DNA from: Acidobacteriota bacterium
GTDB taxonomy: Bacteria; Acidobacteriota; UBA890; WLXD01
Length of the DNA stretch: 64,000 nt
Assembly (NCBI GenBank): GCA_965205505.1
Contig: CBDBHB010000009.1
Coordinates: 1,600,001 to 1,664,000, forward strand
Direction: 5' to 3'
Part shown: one piece after another, positions 1 through 8,423 of the stretch
Layout of the letters: every line of letters starts with the position of its first letter
How positions within the stretch are numbered: the stretch's first letter is position 1
Notes under the pieces: generated by a model
Told to the model about the DNA's origin: nothing
The model's database searches: none
Seen by the model: only the letters and a program-made list of their open reading frames with translations
Made by a program: the position numbers and the translations under genes

Positions 1-663
1 GCTGCGGCCGAGATCTGGCTGTACGGCCATGTCCAGCGATCCGAGCCCGACGATGAAAGGGGCCAGCACCTCGAGGGGGTTGGCGCCCTCATGCGGCACG
101 CTGGCGTGCGCCGAGCGGCCGGTGATATGAACGATGAGCTCGCAACGGCCGCGATGGCCTCGCCGCAGCGTATTACCGCTCGGCTCGCCGATTACTGCCA
201 ACGGTGGCGTCAAGTAGGTGTTCAGGTGGCGTGCGCCGAGGCCTCCGACTTCCTCCTGTACGACCGCAGTCACCCAGACGTCGCCGGCCGGTGTCGTCCC
301 CGACTCCGGCAGCCGCCCGACACCGTATACCTGCGCTGCCAGAGGGCCCTTGATGTCGACCGCGCCGCGCCCCCAGATCTTGTCGTCGTGGATCTCGGCG
401 CCGAAAGGAGAATGCGGCCAGCGCTCTGCCTCTCCGACATCGACGTGATCCAGGTGCGTATTGAACATGACGGCCGGAGCGGCGCTCGATCCGGGCACGC
501 GCCCAACGACGTTGCCGACGTCATCCAGCTCGACGTCGGCGTAGCCGAGGTCTCGCATTTCAGTTGCCACGAGCTCGGCGATAGCACCCTCCTCGCCAGG
601 CAGGCTGGGGGTACGAATCAAACGCTGCGTGAAGTCGACACAGCGCTGCAGGTCCGAGCTCAT
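1..663 (-). CDS. M20 family metallopeptidase/deacylase (ArgE/DapE/YgeY-like), 3' end outside window
   Basis: Manual translation from ATG at 663: MSSDLQRCVDFTQRLIRTPSLPGEE...FNTHLDHV...IWGRGAVDIKG, containing the M20 metal-binding HLD and GRGxxDxKG motifs. Confidence 0.88.
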   Translation of the reverse strand, partial: MSSDLQRCVDFTQRLIRTPSLPGEEGAIAELVATEMRDLGYADVELDDVGNVVGRVPGSSAAPAVMFNTHLDHVDVGEAERWPHSPFGAEIHDDKIWGRGAVDIKGPLAAQVYGVGRLPESGTTPAGDVWVTAVVQEEVGGLGARHLNTYLTPPLAVIGEPSGNTLRRGHRGRCELIVHITGRSAHASVPHEGANPLEVLAPFIVGLGSLDMAVQPDLGRS

Positions 664-698
664 GGCGAATTTCCAGGCGCCGCGTGCTGCGTCGATGC

Positions 699-1463
699 TC
701 ACCGGTCGCGGCTCAGCCGCTCAATCGATCGCAGGGTATCGGTGCCGACCAGCTCGTCGTTGTCGTTTCGATACCAGGAGCGCACCTTCGGAAGACGCAT
801 TCCATCGCCCTCGATGATGCGATCCAGGATGATGTACTCGCCGTCGTTGGCGGTTTCGTCGTGGTAGAAGCGGTAACCAACGAGCGCGAACGACCGAGGG
901 TCGATGTAGAAGTACCAGGTATCGGTACCGACCTCGGGGTCGTAGGTCACGCGCACCTGCCACACGACGCCTCCCTGGAACTCGGTTCGTATGGCCTCCG
1001 GGTCAACGATCGTCCCCCGGTCACGGAGCTTCATCGGCAACCCGTAGAGGAAGGTGTGGTAGTCGCGTTGTCCGCGCATTTGCTCGCAGCTCAAGCGGTA
1101 GCGCTCCGCTTGTTCCGGGCTGAATTCCGACGAGCCGTCGAGCTTGGTCCAACACTCGTCTCCGCTGACCGCGGTCTCGATGAGCAGGCCGTAGCGGTCG
1201 CGGGCCATGGTGAATCGCCCGGCGGCGTTGTCGATGACGATCTCGGTCAGGGTCGGCCCGGCGATCGGACGCGTGCCGGCGATCTGCAGCCGGAACGCGT
1301 TCCAAGACCACAGACCCTGGGGATCGTGATAGTCGATGCTGTGCTGCAGGATGTCCACCGCTGGCGGCATCTGTGCGTTCGCGGTTCCTGCAAGTCCGGC
1401 GACGAGCAGGACAATCGCGGACGATGCGCGGCGGCTCAAGGTCGGTGTTTGCGGGGTGCTCAT
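699..1463 (-). CDS. Secreted protein, DUF6503-like
   Basis: Signal peptide ending ANA-Q; motifs YHTFLYGLPMKL and VTYDPEVGTDTWYFY recalled for this family. Confidence 0.75.
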   Translation of the reverse strand: MSTPQTPTLSRRASSAIVLLVAGLAGTANAQMPPAVDILQHSIDYHDPQGLWSWNAFRLQIAGTRPIAGPTLTEIVIDNAAGRFTMARDRYGLLIETAVSGDECWTKLDGSSEFSPEQAERYRLSCEQMRGQRDYHTFLYGLPMKLRDRGTIVDPEAIRTEFQGGVVWQVRVTYDPEVGTDTWYFYIDPRSFALVGYRFYHDETANDGEYIILDRIIEGDGMRLPKVRSWYRNDNDELVGTDTLRSIERLSRDR

Positions 1464-1667
1464 GATGTTGCCCTCGAGCTGTCGGGAGCGACCGTGACGA
1501 GTGACGAACTCCCGTCACCCTATGCTGTTGACGATGGCGCGGCTTCCCGAAAGTTAACAGAGACCAGTAAATACGGTCTGTTTTCGGGGGTCTATACCCA
1601 CGAAAAGCGACATTTCTGGCCACCAACGCAGCCGCAACGTGCCCACCTGGGGAGTAGGCTCCCGCGC

Positions 1668-1754
1668 ATGAAGCTCACTCCGAGCATCCAGATAGCCCAC
1701 CTCGACGGCATCTGGATCGAGACCTCCTTCAGCCCTATTCACGCCTTCCTCTGA
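1668..1754 (+). repeat. Copy A (5' part) of a dispersed small-ORF repeat family (MKLTPSIQIAHLDGIW...)
   Basis: ATGAAGCTCACTCCGAGCATCCAGATAGCCCACCTCGACGGCATCTGGATC closely matches 47692ff and 45513ff. Confidence 0.85.
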
Positions 1755-1876
1755 TCGCAACGCGCCGTGAAGCAAGGCCTGCTCGGCGCAGGGCGGCCCG
1801 CTGCGGCGGCGGTGTGCGTTCTTGTGGCCGGCGTCAACGCGGACTACCTTGGCAGCATCTGCCAATTATCCGTGAG

Positions 1877-2563
1877 ATGACGATGAACGAGCACGACTTC
1901 TTGCGCCGCGCGTTCGAGGAACGCGCCACCGCGATTCTGCGCACCGATGATCAACAGACGGCGGCCCGCGCCATGGAGGCTGTGGTCCGCGGTGGCTTCC
2001 GCATTATCGAATTCACCCTTGGCTGTCCGGGGGCCTATGAGCTCATCGAGGACTTCGCGCGCCGCGATGACTTGCTCGTCGGTGTGGGCACGGTGCTCGA
2101 GCCTGAGCAGGCTCGCCGCGCCGTCGAGGCGGGCGCCTCGTTCGTGGTGTCGCCGGCAACCGACGAAGCAGTGATCCGCACCGCGCTCGAGCTCGGTGCG
2201 GTGGCCATGCCCGGCGCCTATACCGCCACCGAGATGGTTCTGGCGCAACGCGCCGGAGCGCAGCTTCAGAAGCTGTTTCCGGCGCCGGCGAACGGTCCGG
2301 AATACGCGCGCATGTTGCTTGGTCCGCTGCCTGGGCTCCGCCTGGTGCCGACGAGCGGCGTAACACCCGACAATGTAGGGGAGTGGTTCGCTGCCGGGGT
2401 CTTCGGGGTCGGGTGGGTCGCTAGCCTGTTCGACGCAGACGACCTGCGAGCCGGGCGCTTCGATCGCATCGAAGAACGCGCCAGGCAATGCCTCGCGGCA
2501 ACCCGCGCGGCGACGCGGCCGCAACGCGATTGGGGTCTGACGACCGCCGCGGCGATGGTCTGA
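1877..2563 (+). CDS. eda: KDPG/KHG aldolase
   Basis: AILR, IIEFTL, VGVGTVL, FVVSP, KLFPA and PTSGV motifs; start placed at ATG 1877 or 1883. Confidence 0.88.
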   Translation: MTMNEHDFLRRAFEERATAILRTDDQQTAARAMEAVVRGGFRIIEFTLGCPGAYELIEDFARRDDLLVGVGTVLEPEQARRAVEAGASFVVSPATDEAVIRTALELGAVAMPGAYTATEMVLAQRAGAQLQKLFPAPANGPEYARMLLGPLPGLRLVPTSGVTPDNVGEWFAAGVFGVGWVASLFDADDLRAGRFDRIEERARQCLAATRAATRPQRDWGLTTAAAMV

Positions 2564-3456
2564 TGACGAGCGCTCGATCTATAACGCTCGTCGCCAGCCT
2601 GGTGCTGGCGGCCTGCGGAACGGAATCCGTCGAAGATCTGCCGTACGACGCCGACGCGCATCGCGAAGCTGTGGAGTCGTGGCGACAATGGCGCCACGAT
2701 CAGCTAACGCGTCCCGACGGCTGGTTGTCGCTAGTGGGCCTCTACTGGCTGGAGCCCGGCGACAACTGGCTCGGCTCCGCCGACGACAACAAGCTGGTCT
2801 ACGATAGCTCCGGGGTTCCGCCGCGACTCGGCGTGTTCCGCGTCGCGGGCGACTCGGTGATGTTCATCGCCGCCGAGGGTGTCTCACCCAGCGTCGACGA
2901 TGAGCCGGTGGAGTCGGTGTTGGCTCACGACGGTGGTGAGGGCTCCGGGCCGGTGATCGCCTGGGACACGCTGCGCTGGAACGTGATGGTGCGCCAGGGC
3001 GAGTTTGCGGTGCGGCTAAAGGACGCAAGCAGCGTTGTGCTGACCAGCTTCGAGTCGATCGACAACTTCCAGCTTGCTGCCGAGTGGCATCGATCGGGCC
3101 GTTACGTGGGCTACGAGCCAGCGAAGATCATCAAGGTTCCGAACGTGCTCGGTACCGTTGCCGACGTCGAGTCGCCGGGTGCGGCGGTCTTTGAAATCGA
3201 CGGTAAGACGTACCGGCTCGACCTCCGGAAAGACTCGGACGACTCGGTAAACTTCTTCACCGCTTTCGGCGACCAGAGCAACAACGAGTCGACCTATGGA
3301 GCCGGTCGGTTCCTTTGGATCGATGCGCCCGACGACCAGGGCCGTGTGGTAGTTGACTTCAACCGTTCCTACAACCCGCCCTGTGCGTTCACCGCTTTCG
3401 CCACCTGCCCCCTGCCACCGCAACAGTGCCGCGCCGTGATTCAAGGCGTTTCGTGA
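2563..3456 (+). CDS. DUF1684 lipoprotein; native C-terminus displaced by the integrated element
   Basis: Lipobox LAAC; motifs GWLSLVGL, TYGAGRFL and DFNRSYNPPCAFTAFATCPLPP. The last ~9 codons derive from the element; the native tail is at 14019-14066. Confidence 0.9.
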   Translation: MTSARSITLVASLVLAACGTESVEDLPYDADAHREAVESWRQWRHDQLTRPDGWLSLVGLYWLEPGDNWLGSADDNKLVYDSSGVPPRLGVFRVAGDSVMFIAAEGVSPSVDDEPVESVLAHDGGEGSGPVIAWDTLRWNVMVRQGEFAVRLKDASSVVLTSFESIDNFQLAAEWHRSGRYVGYEPAKIIKVPNVLGTVADVESPGAAVFEIDGKTYRLDLRKDSDDSVNFFTAFGDQSNNESTYGAGRFLWIDAPDDQGRVVVDFNRSYNPPCAFTAFATCPLPPQQCRAVIQGVS

Positions 3457-3541
3457 AGACACCAATCTAGGGAATATTCCCTACCCTCAGCCGTTATTGT
3501 GGTGCACGCGAGCTCGACTTGTTACACTATGTTTCGTTCAT

Positions 3542-3561
3542 TTGTGACCTTTGCGTGACCT
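3542..3561 (+). promoter_or_regulatory. Putative integrase arm-type sites (left)
   Basis: TTGTGACCTTTGCGTGACCT, a tandem GTGACCT repeat; 18/20 identical to 13878-13897. Confidence 0.7.
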
Positions 3562-3573
3562 CAAGAGCATGGA

Positions 3574-4836
3574 ATGCCACCGCTGACGGCTCGTCGGGTA
3601 TCGGGCGCCAAGGCCACCAGCAAGGCCTACGCGATCCCCGATGGCACGGTACCCGGCCTTGAGCTTCGGGTTTCGAGGCACGGTGCGAAGACCTTTAGCC
3701 TCCGATACCGGATTGGCGCATATCAGCGCCGACTGACGCTGGGCTCGGCCAGCTTTCTCACCTTGGCCGACGCCCGGGACATGGCGCGAGAGGCACTCCG
3801 GAACCTCAAGAAGCGGGGCATCGATCCGGCAGAGGTGCAACGCGTCGCCCGCAACGCGCTGAGTTTCGCGGGTCTCGCTGAGCTCTACCTCGATCGGCGC
3901 GCCTTAGGCCGTACTGCGGGAGCGCGAGATGCGACGGGTGGCCTTGTCGAAGACGTTTGGGCACTCGCAAGCGCCGAAGGTTCCCCGACCATAAGGGGAT
4001 GGAAAGAGGAGCGGCGCTACCTGGCTAACGAGGCGCTTCCGGCGTGGCGTCATCGGCCGGCCGACTCAATCACGCGCCGCGATGTTCGATCGCTCGTCGA
4101 AGGTGTCGCGGATCGAGGGGCCCCCGTCTCAGCAAACCGTCTGCTTGGCCTGCTGCGCCGCGTCTTCGCTTGGGCCGTTGAGCAGGAGTTACTCCCGGCC
4201 AACCCGGCCGCTGGGATGAAACCGCCGGGCGGCCGAGAGAAGGCTCGCGATCGCGTTCTCAACGACGACGAGATCCGCCAATTTTGGCAGGCGACCGAGG
4301 GCATGGACCTCACGTCGCGCGCGTTCTGGCGACTGCGGCTGATCACCGCCCAGCGCTCCGGCGAGATCGCCACGATGAGTTGGCGCGACATAGACCAGGC
4401 GCGGCGCTGGTGGACGATTCCGGCCGAACGCGCCAAGAACGACTTGGCCCACCGCGTCTCCCTCACCGGGATGGCACTCGATCTGCTGCAGCAACTCCGA
4501 GAGCAAGGCATAGTGAGCGCGACGCTGGTGCTGCCGGAGGTGCGCAACCGTCGCCGTCTTCGCGCATCGGCGAGAGCTTTCGAGGGGATCCCTGACTTTC
4601 GCGGCCACGATCTCCGGCGTACGGCCGCGTCGGGCATGGCGAGCGCGGGGGTTCCCCGCCACCACATCGGGCGCGTTCTCAATCACGCGGAGACGGGAGT
4701 CACAGCGACCTACGACCGTCACATCTACGACCCAGAAAAGCGCCGCGCGCTTGAAGCGTGGGAGGCCGAGCTACGCAAGATTCTTGACGGCCGGCCCTTC
4801 CGGCAGGCTGGCGGGCAGGGGCGCCGGGGCGGATGA
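3574..4836 (+). CDS. int: Tyrosine integrase, P4-like, with N-terminal arm-binding domain
   Basis: PGLELRV...KTF...RRLTLG arm domain; catalytic R (TAQRSGE), K (AKN), HDLRR, LNH and Y are all present. Confidence 0.95.
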   Translation: MPPLTARRVSGAKATSKAYAIPDGTVPGLELRVSRHGAKTFSLRYRIGAYQRRLTLGSASFLTLADARDMAREALRNLKKRGIDPAEVQRVARNALSFAGLAELYLDRRALGRTAGARDATGGLVEDVWALASAEGSPTIRGWKEERRYLANEALPAWRHRPADSITRRDVRSLVEGVADRGAPVSANRLLGLLRRVFAWAVEQELLPANPAAGMKPPGGREKARDRVLNDDEIRQFWQATEGMDLTSRAFWRLRLITAQRSGEIATMSWRDIDQARRWWTIPAERAKNDLAHRVSLTGMALDLLQQLREQGIVSATLVLPEVRNRRRLRASARAFEGIPDFRGHDLRRTAASGMASAGVPRHHIGRVLNHAETGVTATYDRHIYDPEKRRALEAWEAELRKILDGRPFRQAGGQGRRGG

Positions 4837-5777
4837 GGCAGCGTAGCCGCCGCCTCGAGCCGGAGCGCGCCACCCGCACGCGCGCCGAGGTCGCCTTCGC
4901 GAACGCGGTTATAAAAGTCCTTCCGGCTGAAGCATGCAGGGAGCTAGAACCGATTGCCGAAGAGTTCAACGACAAGACACGTGAAACTCTACGACAGCGG
5001 TTCATACCGCGGCTCGAGCGAGCCGGATTCACGGACCTATTTAACCGAGCTGGCGTCACCAAGCAACGCGATATCGAGGCATGGCTCCGCGATGCCGCGC
5101 CGCCCGAGATTCGGCAGGTGGTCGCCGAGTTCAACCGTGCCGCAGCGGAGCGGCAAAGGCAGTACGAGGACCGGATCGGCGACTGGCTGCGAAAGCGGCA
5201 CCTCTACTGCCCAATCATGGAAACCTGGGTGGGCCATTGGATCAACAGTTTCTTGAGGACGGGCCGCCCCCCGGGCTGGAAGGGGCGCGAGCACAGGTGG
5301 GTTAGCTTTCCGGTAGTTTCACAAGAGTGGGATCAGGTGCTCGCCGGGTTTGATGCCTTGAAACCGTTAGGCGCCCCTCGGGTTGGCGATGCTGAATTAG
5401 ACGATGATGCGTTCTTGGCTCCACTATCCTTGAACCCGCTCGGTGAGTCTCCTGACCAAGCGCTGGAGCGGGCTCGTAAACACTACGCGGCCCGGGCAGC
5501 CGCGGCCGAGTCGCGTGGCTATGTCCCGGTGCTCGCCCGGCACCGGCTGGACGACCACGCGCGCTGGCTCGCGCGGCATCAGGTCCTTGGGGAATCGGTC
5601 GAGGAGATCCTCGCACACGAGCCGAGTGTGTCCGACCGTCGGACGATCGAAAAGGCGCTAGAGAACCTGTGTCGTGATTTGAAACTTCGGAAGCGCCCCG
5701 CGAAGCGCGGCCGTCGGCCGGGCGCCAAGAACTCGGCGAGAAGCCGGAGGGTGAGTCGACGGCGCACGGCGAAATAG
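4833..5777 (+). CDS. Hypothetical satellite protein with a basic, possibly HTH-like C-terminus
   Basis: ATGA overlap with int; sits in the position typical of PICI-like regulators. Confidence 0.6.
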   Translation: MRQRSRRLEPERATRTRAEVAFANAVIKVLPAEACRELEPIAEEFNDKTRETLRQRFIPRLERAGFTDLFNRAGVTKQRDIEAWLRDAAPPEIRQVVAEFNRAAAERQRQYEDRIGDWLRKRHLYCPIMETWVGHWINSFLRTGRPPGWKGREHRWVSFPVVSQEWDQVLAGFDALKPLGAPRVGDAELDDDAFLAPLSLNPLGESPDQALERARKHYAARAAAAESRGYVPVLARHRLDDHARWLARHQVLGESVEEILAHEPSVSDRRTIEKALENLCRDLKLRKRPAKRGRRPGAKNSARSRRVSRRRTAK

Positions 5778-5842
5778 GGAATTCGTTTCGGCGTTACGAA
5801 TTCCGCTATATCAATTCGTCCGGGGATGGTCCCCTCCGGTGC

Positions 5843-6085
5843 ATGGATAAGCACCAAGTCACCCGGAAGCCTGATCGGATCATTCCCGAGCCGCAAACGA
5901 GAGAACGTCTCGGCGGCATCTCGCGAACGACGCTCTGGCGCATGACTCGAGCGGGCATTTTCCCGCGCCCTATGCGTATCTCGCCCGGCCGCATCGGCTG
6001 GCGGGAGTCCACCATCGAGGAGTATCTCGAGGCTCGTGAGCGCGAGGCCGCGAGATTTTCCGTTCCCGGCCCGGACGATGGCTGA
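5843..6085 (+). CDS. alpA: AlpA-family excisionase/regulator
   Basis: LGGISRTTLWRMTRAGIFPRPMRISPGRIGWRESTIEEYL is the AlpA signature. Confidence 0.92.
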   Translation: MDKHQVTRKPDRIIPEPQTRERLGGISRTTLWRMTRAGIFPRPMRISPGRIGWRESTIEEYLEAREREAARFSVPGPDDG

Positions 6086-6145
6086 CGCAGGAAACCCCGG
6101 CCACCGGGCAACTAACCGGCACGATTCTGATACTGGATCCGCGCT

Positions 6146-7852
6146 ATGAGCACGCAGGACGGTCCGGCGACTGACGGCGACAACGTCCCGGTCCCGGCAG
6201 AGGAGATCCCGTGGGAGCCCCCTGTCCCATCGGCGCGCGACCGGTCGCTAGAGGCGCGGGCCGCGCGCGCTATCGAAGCTGGCGCCGACGAGTTGGAACC
6301 GGCGACCCCGCACCTGGCCACCGTGCAGGCGTGGATCAGCGCACAGAAGCTAGCGCGGGCGGAGGCAAAGGCCGAAGGTGAGAACCCCCGCGGCGACTTG
6401 AACGAGATCCTCGAGGAGTTGGCGAAGCTCGACGTCGCAGACTACGAGCCACTGCGGTCCGAGCTGAAGCGCCTGTCTGGCTGGCGAACCGCGGTGATCG
6501 ACAGCGAGCGCGCGAAGCGGCGCCGGCAGCGCCCCACGGAAGGCCTCGCCGAGGGCCTGGGCGCCTCGGCGGTCGTCGCGGACGTTGAGCCGTGGGCTGA
6601 TCCGGTGGATGGAGCGGACCTGCTGTCTAGCATAGCCCGGTGCTTTGGCCGGTACGTGGTTCTTCCCGAAGGCGCCGCGACAGCCGCGACCCTTTGGGCG
6701 GTGTTTTCGCACGCCACCGCCTCTTTCGATATCTTCCCGCTCCTCGCGATTTCGAGCGCGGAAATGCGATGCGGCAAGTCAACGCTGCTCACAGTCCTGG
6801 GCCGTCTCGTGCCGCGTGCGATCCCGGCCTCGAACGTGAGCGCCGCCGCGCTTTTTCGCTCCGTCGAGCTGTGGAAACCGACGTTGCTGGTCGACGAGGC
6901 GGACAGCTTTCTGACGGACAACGAGGAGCTTCGCGGCGTCTTGAACTCGGGCCACCATCGTGCAAACGCGTACGTCGTGCGCTGCGATGGCGAGGCTAAC
7001 GAGCCGCGCTGCTTTTGCACATGGGCGCCCAAGGTCGTGGCGTTGATCGGCCGCCTGCCGGCCACGCTGGCAGATCGTTCCGTCAGAATCCGCATGCGGC
7101 GGAAGGCGCCTACAGAAGAAGTCGAGCGCGTGCGCCTAGACCGGTTCGATGTCGAAGAGCTGTGTCGCAAGGCGGCGCGCTGGGCCGCCGACAACGCCGC
7201 CGAGCTTCGGGCCGCGGACCCCGAGTTGCCGGAGAGCCTTGACGACCGGGCCTCCGACAACTGGCGGCCGCTGGTCGCGATTGCCGACCGCGCTGGCGGG
7301 AGGTGGCCGGAGCGTGCCCGCAAGGCGGCCGGGTTGCTTGCGGGCAATGGGGACGACGACAGCGCCTCCGTCGGCGTCATGCTCTTGGCCGATCTCAGGG
7401 AGCTGTTCGCGGAGCGCGGGGTCGACCGGCTCCGGTCATCCGAGATCGTTGAAGCGCTCGTCGAGCGGGAGGAACGGCCGTGGCCGGAGTTCCGCCATGG
7501 CAAGCCAATAACGGTTCGGCAGGTCGCATGGCTGCTACAGGCATTCGAAATCCGGCCGCAACAGCTCCGCGTCGGCGCCGGCAAGTTCCGGGGCTACCGG
7601 AAGAGCGACCTCGTGGAGACATGGAAGCGCTACCTCCCAGAAGGCCCCCCTATTTCATCCGGTACACCGGTACAAGGCCCGCCGGACGGGGCTTTTCCTG
7701 TACCGGATCACCCGGACGGATCCGGGACTGTACCGGATCGTGTACCGGATGAGAAGACCCAGAAACGCCTGCCCCGCAAGGGTTGTACCGGTGTACCGGA
7801 TGGATCCCCCCCTCCCCGGCGCGCAATACACTGCCGGGCGCCACGGAGCTAG
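6146..7852 (+). CDS. DUF3631 replication/helicase-associated protein (P-loop)
   Basis: VEPWADPVDG, CGKST Walker A, LLVDEAD Walker B, DRASDNWRPL, WPEFRHGKPIT and RGYRK motifs. Confidence 0.88.
   Translation: MSTQDGPATDGDNVPVPAEEIPWEPPVPSARDRSLEARAARAIEAGADELEPATPHLATVQAWISAQKLARAEAKAEGENPRGDLNEILEELAKLDVADYEPLRSELKRLSGWRTAVIDSERAKRRRQRPTEGLAEGLGASAVVADVEPWADPVDGADLLSSIARCFGRYVVLPEGAATAATLWAVFSHATASFDIFPLLAISSAEMRCGKSTLLTVLGRLVPRAIPASNVSAAALFRSVELWKPTLLVDEADSFLTDNEELRGVLNSGHHRANAYVVRCDGEANEPRCFCTWAPKVVALIGRLPATLADRSVRIRMRRKAPTEEVERVRLDRFDVEELCRKAARWAADNAAELRAADPELPESLDDRASDNWRPLVAIADRAGGRWPERARKAAGLLAGNGDDDSASVGVMLLADLRELFAERGVDRLRSSEIVEALVEREERPWPEFRHGKPITVRQVAWLLQAFEIRPQQLRVGAGKFRGYRKSDLVETWKRYLPEGPPISSGTPVQGPPDGAFPVPDHPDGSGTVPDRVPDEKTQKRLPRKGCTGVPDGSPPPRRAIHCRAPRS
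7657..7801. repeat. Iteron-like TGTACCGG repeats bounded by a perfect 19-bp inverted repeat (putative origin)
   Basis: ATCCGGTACACCGGTACAA (7657-7675) is the reverse complement of 7783-7801; TGTACCGGAT also at 7699, 7729 and 7741. Confidence 0.75.
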
Positions 7853-7898
7853 ACCGCAGCGACGACGACCAGCCACTCGGATGGGTAGAGGTTCTAAC

Positions 7899-8216
7899 GT
7901 GAGCGACCGCGCCATCGGTGTAAGCCTGCTGCGAGAGGCCCGCGACGCCGGCCTGATCGTTGCCCTCGATGGCGACACGGTTCGCCTGCGAGCTTCGGCC
8001 GAGCCACCCCAGGTGCTCGTTCAATCGCTCCGGCGCCACAAGGACGCGCTTGTGCGGGCACTCCGCAGCGAACACTGCGGCATCGGCGCCGCGCGACCGC
8101 CCGAGAGAACCTGCCACTCCTGCGGAGGCGGCCTCCAGCCGGACGACGATGACTTGTCTTTGTGTTCGGCGTGCCGATGGTACGCGGACCGCTTTGCCCC
8201 AAGGCGGATGCAATGA
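7899..8216 (+). CDS. Small satellite protein (TubC-N-like fold plus CxxC...CxxC zinc finger)
   Basis: GTG start with GAGG RBS; LLREARDAGLIVALDGDTVRLRA...LRRHKDALVRAL followed by CHSC and CSAC. Confidence 0.6.
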   Translation: MSDRAIGVSLLREARDAGLIVALDGDTVRLRASAEPPQVLVQSLRRHKDALVRALRSEHCGIGAARPPERTCHSCGGGLQPDDDDLSLCSACRWYADRFAPRRMQ

Positions 8217-8340
8217 AAAGCCGCCTTGCGTCCCGCCAAGGCCGATCTGCCCGTGGTGCGGGGACAACTGCGCCGCGTGTCGCGTCAGCCCCAGAACGCC
8301 CTGCGACAAGCCCGCCCGACAGGCCCCCCCGGGGGGCTGT

Positions 8341-8400
8341 AGGTTCTTCCGGGGCTTTCCGTCAACGGGTGTGTTCGGCGCAGAATAACGTAAGTTTTTT
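8341..8400 (+). other. Putative cos-like packaging site
   Basis: AGGTTCTTCCGG...ACGGGT...GTTTTTT immediately upstream of the terS-like gene; resembles the lambda cosQ/cosN layout. Confidence 0.4.
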
Positions 8401-8423
8401 GTACGGCTCTAAGGGGTTATGGG

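Noticed and set aside
1557-1583. AGACC-N9-GGTCT operator-like dyad upstream of the DUF6503-like gene
   Set aside because: Short arms, a single occurrence and no adjacent regulator; could be chance.
7657-7801. Short repeats as a CRISPR array
   Set aside because: Units are 8-10 bp, irregularly spaced and in both orientations; there are no spacer-sized unique segments and no cas genes.
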